Shown here piece after piece: positions 1-4,455 of a stretch of DNA of 7,641 nucleotides (its first letter is position 1; every line of letters begins with the position of its first letter). The translations under genes were made by a program, and so were the position numbers. Below the pieces are notes generated by a model. It worked only from the letters and a program-made list of their open reading frames with translations, was not told the origin of the DNA and made no database searches. The stretch is from Escherichia coli. Lineage in GTDB: Bacteria; Pseudomonadota; Gammaproteobacteria; Enterobacterales; Enterobacteriaceae. The stretch lies in NCBI RefSeq assembly GCF_003334255.1, contig NZ_QOWU01000095.1. One strand, 5' to 3'.

Positions 1-157
1 TTACAATCCTCTTTTTTCGGTACATATTTCCAGTCACCAGACCACTACTTCCCCTGAAAGTCCGTAACGCCTTTTTTTTCACGTAGCGATATCGCCATGC
101 CACTGTTTTTGCTTGCCCCGCCGTTTCATGCCCTTCCTGATAATTAACCTCGCTCAT
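1..157 (-). CDS. hypothetical small basic protein, N-terminal 52 codons only (continues past left edge)
   Basis: My own reverse-strand translation from ATG at 157-155 gives MSEVNYQEGHETAGQAKTVAWRYRYVKKKALRTFRGSSGLVTGNMYRKKRIV... It stays open to position 1. The start overlaps the stop of the upstream 58-aa ORF as ATGA (translational coupling). It is not in the ORF track because it is partial. I recognise no homology. Confidence 0.4.
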   Translation of the reverse strand, partial: MSEVNYQEGHETAGQAKTVAWRYRYVKKKALRTFRGSSGLVTGNMYRKKRIV

Positions 158-330
158 TCATCGCCCCACTCATCACAATATGCTTCGACCGGAGTTTTTC
201 CTGCTTCATAATCATCACGCCATGCTTCAGCATCAGCAGCACTGCCACCACGTAACTCTGCATAGTCCATTAACAGTTCATGCCATTCTTCAAAACTGAC
301 GTTGTATTTAGTTGAACCAAAATCAGCCAT
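154..330 (-). CDS. hypothetical acidic mini-protein (58 aa)
   Basis: Hand translation gives MADFGSTKYNVSFEEWHELLMDYAELRGGSAADAEAWRDDYEAGKTPVEAYCDEWGDE*. The ATG at 330-328 lies inside the end of the upstream ORF (ATGGCTGA overlap), and GAGGAAG sits 8 nt upstream. At 58 aa it is below the track's size cutoff. It has 16 acidic versus 4 basic residues. Confidence 0.5.
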   Translation of the reverse strand: MADFGSTKYNVSFEEWHELLMDYAELRGGSAADAEAWRDDYEAGKTPVEAYCDEWGDE

Positions 331-505
331 TTTGTTCTTCCTCTTCGTCTTTTATTTCGTGATATGAGTAATTGCAGTAGTTAAAGAAAATATCTTTTGC
401 TTCGTCATGTATTTCATCAGGCGTCGCATCATCATCCACTTCGAATTCATCCTCGAAATCTCCACCGGCTATTCCCGTTTCAATAATTATTTTAAACTTT
501 CGCAT
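323..505 (-). CDS. hypothetical highly acidic mini-protein (60 aa)
   Basis: This is the track ORF MRKFKIIIETGIAGGDFEDEFEVDDDATPDEIHDEAKDIFFNYCNYSYHEIKDEEEEQNG. It has 20 D/E in 60 residues. It has the same orientation as the neighbouring genes and is coupled to the next ORF. An AGGAGG plus hairpin lies upstream. Confidence 0.6.
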   Translation of the reverse strand: MRKFKIIIETGIAGGDFEDEFEVDDDATPDEIHDEAKDIFFNYCNYSYHEIKDEEEEQNG

Positions 506-512
506 TTAACTA

Positions 513-534
513 CCGCCCTTTCGGGCGGCCTCCT
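513..534 (-). promoter_or_regulatory. hairpin-bridged Shine-Dalgarno (AGGAGG + GAAA-loop hairpin) ahead of the 60-aa ORF
   Basis: The minus strand reads AGGAGG(534-529)-CCGCCC-GAAA-GGGCGG(528-513)-TAGTTAA-ATG(505). SD-to-ATG spacing is 23 nt linear, or 7 nt if the 6-bp GC hairpin forms. Confidence 0.45.
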
Positions 535-598
535 GATGTTCTGAGGGTGCAGAAATCCCTCCGGTTAAGGATTAAATTTTTAACAGAGCTAAATTTAA

Positions 599-955
599 TT
601 ATTCAGTTCTGGATTTTGTCGCCCTGCGTATCCGCGCTTTCGCGTTACGCTCAATCTGAATTAGCTTTTCTATATTTTTTCGCCTTTCCCGCTCCTCCTG
701 ACGCAAGAGCCTTACATCATCTGCCAGTCTGGTTTCTCTTTTCGCCACAGAGAGCATCCAGTCAAATGGCTCCACAACTGCACCGCAGATTTTACAGCGG
801 ACCTGACGCTCTTTTTCGTCAACCCGGACAGAGGCGTGATGACAATATGGTCTTTCCGATGGCTCATAAAGAAAATTAACCTGATTACGAGGGTCATCCT
901 CTTTTACCGGAAATAAAACGATATTGCTTAACTCATCCTCTGGTTTTATTTCCAT
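599..955 (-). CDS. hypothetical protein with C-H-H...CxxC zinc-ribbon-like motif and basic coiled-coil tail (118 aa)
   Basis: This is track ORF 599..1012. I prefer the ATG at 955 (MEIKPEDEL...), which is preceded by AAGGAGAGGAGC. The motif is YCHH-x14-CKIC, followed by the heptad-like, Arg/Glu-rich segment RLADDVRLLRQEERERRKNIEKLIQIERNAKARIRR. An alternative in-frame GTG at 1012 (137 aa) lies 11 nt after a conserved AGGAGG and cannot be excluded. Confidence 0.6.
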   Translation of the reverse strand: MEIKPEDELSNIVLFPVKEDDPRNQVNFLYEPSERPYCHHASVRVDEKERQVRCKICGAVVEPFDWMLSVAKRETRLADDVRLLRQEERERRKNIEKLIQIERNAKARIRRATKSRTE

Positions 956-1070
956 GCTCCTCTCCTTTGATGCGAATGCCAGCGGTAATTGAAGCCTGAT
1001 AGCTAATTTCACTCACAGTACCGCCTCCTGAAAATTACCCTGATAGAAAGCCAGTACACGCTGCATAGCT

Positions 1071-1442
1071 TCACTCTTCACTCTTCCGGCACTCGCGACA
1101 GATTATGTTTAGGCGACTGTCGTAGCGACGTATTTCTCCGTCAGGTAACGACCAGATAAGGTCCGGATCAACCACAACCGGTTTCTTCAGCTTTGCCCTC
1201 GATAATTTTTTGCGGGCATTTTGCCAGTCTTTACGAGCCTGTTCAGACGGGAATAACCCGTAGCCAGAATTGTATACATCGCCACTGGCAACCAGCTCTC
1301 TGGCCAGAACGCTCATCAGATATCTTGTTGCCCCAGTTTTAGCTTCCAGTTGTCGTAACGTCTCGCGCCCACTCTGGCGTACGAGTTCAAGAACCTGTCC
1401 TTTAATTTTTTCCCGCTCTTCTTGTGTAAAAACTTTTGCCAC
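1071..1442 (-). CDS. hypothetical protein, possible N-terminal winged-helix DNA-binding fold (123 aa)
   Basis: This is track ORF MAKVFTQEEREKIKGQVLELVRQSGRETLRQLEAKTGATRYLMSVLARELVASGDVY... It has a GTG start at 1442, 3-4 nt after AGGAGGG. It lies directly downstream of the replication gene on the same strand. The wHTH call is pattern-based only. Confidence 0.6.
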   Translation of the reverse strand: MAKVFTQEEREKIKGQVLELVRQSGRETLRQLEAKTGATRYLMSVLARELVASGDVYNSGYGLFPSEQARKDWQNARKKLSRAKLKKPVVVDPDLIWSLPDGEIRRYDSRLNIICRECRKSEE

Positions 1443-1482
1443 AAGCCCTCCTGAAAATTACCTCATGACCAGAAATTAACAC

Positions 1483-2553
1483 TTACCCCCTGAAGCCCGG
1501 CGGAATTTCGTTATCCGGTTCAGAAATATGATTCACACAACGCTGGTTGTTCGTGCCGCTTACCGGGAGCAGCCAGGGGTTTTCAAAATTCCGGTCCGGT
1601 CCAAAAAACGTCGTCGCTCGCTGAACAAATTCCGTTCCCGTTTTCCCGGTAGCCGCAAGGTATCTTGCGTAACGCCTCACGCCATCCAGCATGGCCTCTG
1701 GTGGCACCCCCTCGCGTAATCTGGCTTTCCAGGCACTGAAAGCGGATTTCTTCGGGTTTGCCCCGGCACGCAACGGGTATTCCCGCCAGACCTGTTCGAA
1801 CACATCAGGATAATCCACTCGTCCCACAGGCTGCCCGGTGTTTTCCGGGACTACCCGATCGGCTTCCCGCTGAATGGCGGAATCGGCTTCAGGCTGCTGA
1901 AGTTGGTGTGATTGCTCCTGCCTTGCGGTCATCACCTGCTGCACAGCGCCCGAATCGGCTTTCAGCGCATACGCTGAATCGGCTTCCGGTGTCGTGCCTG
2001 CGGGCTGGCCAGGAGTGACGGTCTGAACATCCCCTGCCTGGTTCGTGGCGTTTTTTACGCCATGGACCATAGTGTTTTGATCTTCTTGATCTGTATCTTT
2101 ATCTGTATCTTTATCTGTCGTGACTCGTCGTGACATGTGCGTGACATTTCGTGACTCGCCGTGACAATCGCCATTTTGTTCCCGCTTTCTTTCCCTCTCT
2201 CGCTGCGCCCTCTTGCGCTCTGCCGGAGATTTTGCGGTTTGCGAAATATTGCCGTTGTCCTCTTTCAGCACCTGGCGTTTTTCCCATCCAGTGATTAAAT
2301 CACCATCAAGTACCCGCCCCTGCATCGTCTGCAAAATTGAATCAATTACCTCTTCTGTCACGTCGAGCGCACTTGCCAAATCTTCTGTCGTGACATCAAT
2401 GTGACCTCGCGTGACATTTCGTGACGCGCTCACCAGGAGGTGGATATACACTGCCATCACTGTTGCAATTGGCTGCCCTGACACCCTGGCAATTGTTCGC
2501 CACTTAGGGTCATTTGGCATGTCATGCCATAATCTGAGCCAGGCGTTAGCCAT
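1483..2553 (-). CDS. phage replication initiation / replisome-organiser protein (O-like), 356 aa
   Basis: This is track ORF 1483..2559. I prefer the ATG at 2553 (MANAWLRLWHDMPNDPKWR...), with GAGG 5 nt upstream. It sits immediately after the cro/cII-analogue pair, as O does in lambda. The N-terminal domain is HTH-like, the linker is a low-complexity acidic/Gln stretch, and the C-terminal segment FEQVWREYPLRAGANPKKSAFSAWKARL resembles the conserved C-terminus of phage replication proteins. Iteron arrays lie inside the gene. Confidence 0.75.
   Translation of the reverse strand: MANAWLRLWHDMPNDPKWRTIARVSGQPIATVMAVYIHLLVSASRNVTRGHIDVTTEDLASALDVTEEVIDSILQTMQGRVLDGDLITGWEKRQVLKEDNGNISQTAKSPAERKRAQRERERKREQNGDCHGESRNVTHMSRRVTTDKDTDKDTDQEDQNTMVHGVKNATNQAGDVQTVTPGQPAGTTPEADSAYALKADSGAVQQVMTARQEQSHQLQQPEADSAIQREADRVVPENTGQPVGRVDYPDVFEQVWREYPLRAGANPKKSAFSAWKARLREGVPPEAMLDGVRRYARYLAATGKTGTEFVQRATTFFGPDRNFENPWLLPVSGTNNQRCVNHISEPDNEIPPGFRG
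2079..2124. repeat. AT-rich tandem repeat with two GATC sites (candidate DNA-unwinding element)
   Basis: The sequence is GATCTTCTT-GATCTGTATCTTT-ATCTGTATCTTT-ATCTGTCGTGAC, a 12-bp unit repeated about 3 times. Positions 2079-2118 are about 70% A+T, and GATC occurs at 2079 and 2088. GATCTGTATCTTT resembles the oriC 13-mer GATCTnTTnTTTT. The repeat abuts iteron cluster 1. Confidence 0.55.
2119..2165. repeat. iteron cluster 1: five CGTGAC repeats at 10-11 bp spacing (putative ori)
   Basis: CGTGAC starts at 2119, 2129, 2140, 2150 and 2160, so the spacings are 10, 11, 10 and 10 bp. The cluster lies inside the replication gene, as ori-lambda lies inside O. Confidence 0.65.
2357..2425. repeat. iteron cluster 2: (C/T)GTGAC x4 at 10-11 bp spacing plus one inverted copy
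   Basis: CGTGAC is at 2389, TGTGAC at 2400, and CGTGAC at 2410 and 2420. An inverted GTCACG is at 2357-2362. The 17-mer GCGTGACATTTCGTGAC is identical at 2139-2155 and 2409-2425. Confidence 0.6.
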
Positions 2554-2624
2554 ACTCACCTCTTCTGATACCGAATCTTTTTACTCACGAGTTGCCGGAA
2601 GCGATTCGATATGGCTATTGTCAG

Positions 2625-3050
2625 TCAATGTACTGCCACAGCATTTCCTGCCGGGCCACCACGGTTCATCTGATTGAAACCGGCGATTGCCACTGCGACA
2701 AAATCATCAGCGTCTCTCACCAGTCGCTCCCGCGTCTCCACCAGCTCCCGAAAATAAGCTGAACTGTGGCTGCGCATTCTGGCCACCAGCAAAGGTGGCA
2801 TTGCCTTTTCGATCGCTGGTAACAACGCCTGAATTTTTTCAACTGCATCAGGGGTGTCTTTCTCTACCCAGCGGAAAATTTTCTGGGTATTGCGAGCCAG
2901 GGCTTCCGGATGGCTGTCGTCATACAGTTCCGGGAACGTCATTCCCAGCTCGAAATACGCTTTGGTAATTTTCGCAGCCGGTACTTTTTCGCCGTCCGGA
3001 TGCGCCCAGGCATTCATCGCCATGCGGATGTGTTCATGCTTGATTTTCAT
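2625..3050 (-). CDS. ydaT: YdaT-family protein (functional CII analogue of CP-933P/Rac-type prophages), 141 aa
   Basis: This is track ORF 2625..3122. The true start is the ATG at 3050 (MKIKHEHIRMAMNAWAHPDGEKVPAAKITKAYFELGMTFPELYDD...), preceded by AAGGGGGG. I recognise the sequence as YdaT family. It lies directly after the Cro-like gene and overlaps it by 17 nt. Confidence 0.85.
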   Translation of the reverse strand: MKIKHEHIRMAMNAWAHPDGEKVPAAKITKAYFELGMTFPELYDDSHPEALARNTQKIFRWVEKDTPDAVEKIQALLPAIEKAMPPLLVARMRSHSSAYFRELVETRERLVRDADDFVAVAIAGFNQMNRGGPAGNAVAVH

Positions 3051-3276
3051 GAATCCCCCCTTGGTTAGAAGGCGGATTATGATCAGAACCGGGAATGACA
3101 ACCGTCGGTATGTGTAACTCATATTTGAGCGCCCCGGCAGTGACTGCCTGAATTAGCAACGCCCATTTCCACGGAACCTCTTCCCCCCACATGCTGACTG
3201 TGGTTTTTGACGTTCCTAGAGCTGCGGCTGTTTTAACAACTCCGCCAAAATAGCCTAATACTTCTGATTTTTTCAT
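3034..3276 (-). CDS. Cro-like HTH regulator of the DicC/YdaS family, 80 aa
   Basis: This is track ORF 3034..3324. I prefer the ATG at 3276 (MKKSEVLGYFGGVVKTAAALGTSKTTVSMWGEEVPWKWALLIQAVTAGALKYE...), with GGAG 6 nt upstream. The YFGG..K.A..LG......S.W pattern matches my recollection of DicC/YdaS. The gene is divergent from the repressor gene. Confidence 0.8.
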   Translation of the reverse strand: MKKSEVLGYFGGVVKTAAALGTSKTTVSMWGEEVPWKWALLIQAVTAGALKYELHIPTVVIPGSDHNPPSNQGGIHENQA

Positions 3277-3305
3277 GAGTCGCTCCATAAAACTGAACGT
3301 CAAAA

Positions 3306-3367
3306 GTTTAATAATCAAAACCAAAGAAAGTCAAGAAACAAAACCATCTGTGTTTTAAAATCAAAAC
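3306..3367. promoter_or_regulatory. tripartite operator (three 16-bp sites, 23-bp period) with divergent promoters
   Basis: O1 is 3306-3321 GTTTAATAATCAAAAC, O2 is 3329-3344 AGTCAAGAAACAAAAC, and O3 is 3352-3367 GTTTTAAAATCAAAAC. O1 and O3 match at 14/16 positions, and the arms GTTT(T)/(A)AAAC are inverted. CAAAAC ends at 3321, 3344 and 3367. The leftward candidate promoter is TTGACT (3334-3329) with TATTAA (3313-3308). The rightward candidate -10 is TAAAAT (3356-3361). Confidence 0.6.
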
Positions 3368-4006
3368 ATGAGCAAGCAAACTATATCTGAACGCATAACC
3401 CAACGTATGCATGCGCTAAACCTGAAAGGCAAAGACCTTGTCAATGGCACTGGCGCATCAAAAGGCTCCGTAAGTCAATGGATGAACGGTGGAGGAGCGC
3501 CGTCCTCGCGTTACATAAGTTCACTGGCAAAAATATTGAAAGTAAACGAAAATTGGCTTCTTAATGGAGGAGAGTTAAATACAGGTGATTCGCTTGATCT
3601 ATCTTTACCGCCGATAAAAACGGTTCCGCTACTATCACTTCAGCAGGCAGCAAGCTGGAGTGATTATATGAAAAATTCCTCAATAACCTCTTGTGTGCAG
3701 CTTGTCGGAGAAATCCCGGTCAATACCTTTGCAGTTGTTCTAGAGAGTGACAGTATGTCAACATCTGGTGGGGGAGTTTCCATCCCAAATGGTTCAACAG
3801 TTTTTGTTGATCCCGATCGAACCGTACAACCAGGAAATATTGTCCTTGCCTTACCCAAAGGGACCACAACACCTGTCATTCGTAAACTGGAGATAGAAGG
3901 GCCGGATATTCTTTTAGTCCCCACGAATCCTCGCTACCCTTCAATTATGCTGGATGATCTATCTTGCATATTGGGCGTATGCTTTAAAATTCAACAAGAT
4001 ATTTAA
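3368..4006 (+). CDS. CI/LexA-like prophage repressor: N-terminal XRE-type HTH + C-terminal S24 peptidase domain, 212 aa
   Basis: This is the track ORF. The HTH is ISERITQRMHALNLKGKDLVNGTGASKGSVSQWMNG. The C-terminal half aligns by eye with lambda CI: FAVVLESDSM is similar to FWLEVEGNSM (Ser129), and PVIRKL is similar to FTFKKL (Lys173). VFVDPD and PTNPRYPSI are similar to LVDPE and PLNPQYPMI. There is no SD before the ATG. Confidence 0.9.
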   Translation: MSKQTISERITQRMHALNLKGKDLVNGTGASKGSVSQWMNGGGAPSSRYISSLAKILKVNENWLLNGGELNTGDSLDLSLPPIKTVPLLSLQQAASWSDYMKNSSITSCVQLVGEIPVNTFAVVLESDSMSTSGGGVSIPNGSTVFVDPDRTVQPGNIVLALPKGTTTPVIRKLEIEGPDILLVPTNPRYPSIMLDDLSCILGVCFKIQQDI

Positions 4007-4073
4007 CCAACCTCATCTATTTGATTAACTGTATGCCATCGTGGTGATGGCTTAACAGCTGCCTGCTTAAAAT

Positions 4074-4119
4074 GTTTTGATAAAAAAACATTGACCTGGA
4101 AAGTTCGTTTTTCTAAACT
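4074..4119 (+). promoter_or_regulatory. promoter of the ydfABC-dicF-dicB operon (PL/dicBp analogue) with adjacent operator-like site
   Basis: TTGACC (4091-4096), a 17-bp spacer, then TAAACT (4114-4119). The 16-mer GTTTTGATAAAAAAAC (4074-4089) matches the minus-strand reading of O3 (GTTTTGATTTTAAAAC) at 13/16 positions and ends 1 bp before the -35. Confidence 0.6.
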
Positions 4120-4298
4120 TCATTCATTCCCTCACCCCATCCTACAGAATGCAGGACAATACTTCGAGTTACCAGGCAGTGGTCAGGGGTTAAGTAGCCA
4201 GCCCGAGGCGTAAGAACATGACGGCAGGGTTCAACTTTAATAACTATGCAGCAGGTTTTTGTTCCGCTACCCCGGCGTTAAGGGGAAATGAGGTCAGC

Positions 4299-4454
4299 AT
4301 GGATACTATCGATCTTGGCAACAACGAATCTCTGGTGTACGGCGTGTTTCCAAACCAGGACGGCACCTTCACCGCAATGACGTATACAAAAAGCAAAACG
4401 TTTAAAACCGAAAATGGTGCCCGTCGCTGGCTGGAAAGAAACTCAGGTGAGTGA
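4299..4454 (+). CDS. ydfA: YdfA (DUF1391) small prophage protein, 51 aa
   Basis: MDTIDLGNNESLVYGVFPNQDGTFTAMTYTKSKTFKTENGARRWLERNSGE matches my recollection of Qin YdfA. GAGG lies 5 nt upstream of the ATG at 4299. The track ORF 4218..4454 carries a 27-codon extension with no RBS. Confidence 0.85.
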   Translation: MDTIDLGNNESLVYGVFPNQDGTFTAMTYTKSKTFKTENGARRWLERNSGE

Positions 4455-4455
4455 T

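Noticed and set aside
547-897. Track ORFs 547..879(+) and 712..897(-)
   Set aside because: They overlap the 118-aa zinc-ribbon ORF in antisense or alternate frame. I see no RBS, and the sequence is low-complexity.
1071-1084. Tandem heptamer TCACTCT x2 at the 3' end of the 123-aa gene
   Set aside because: There are only two copies. They overlap the stop codon and last codons, and I see no supporting context.
2089-2165. Short tandem repeats as a possible CRISPR array
   Set aside because: The units are 10-12 bp with no spacers of unique sequence. They lie inside a coding region, and no cas genes are present. An iteron/DUE interpretation fits better.
2334-2346. 13-bp perfect palindrome AATTGA-A-TCAATT inside the initiator gene as a YdaT or repressor site
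   Set aside because: It contains AATCAA but lacks the TTGATT-N6-AATCAA geometry and the GTTTTGAT operator core. It is an isolated occurrence within coding sequence.
1808-2452. DnaA-box-like 9-mers (TAATCCACT near 1811-1819; GGTGGATAT near 2438-2446)
   Set aside because: Each matches only about 7/9 of TTATCCACA. Such matches are expected by chance in this length of DNA.
2592-2700. oop-like antisense RNA: plus-strand TTGCCG(2592-2597)-18 bp-TATTGT(2616-2621) pointing into the 3' end of ydaT
   Set aside because: The promoter match is mediocre, and I could not find a downstream stem followed by a U-run that would define a short antisense RNA.
1270-3117. Plus-strand track ORFs 1270..1479, 1528..1719, 1758..2018, 2213..2404, 2411..2677, 2687..2968, 2854..3117
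   Set aside because: They lie opposite the well-supported minus-strand genes. Their products are Pro/Arg/Ser-rich, and none has a convincing SD or a family I recognise.
2625-3276. YdaS/YdaT as a toxin-antitoxin system
   Set aside because: The family names suggest a TA pair. However, the position (first two genes of the rightward-type early operon, divergent from a CI-like repressor) and published work on CP-933P indicate Cro and CII analogues, not a TA module.
4035-4051. Hairpin GCCATC-GTGGT-GATGGC after the repressor gene as a terminator
   Set aside because: It has only a 6-bp stem and is followed by TTAACAGC, with no U-tract. At best it is a weak pause site.
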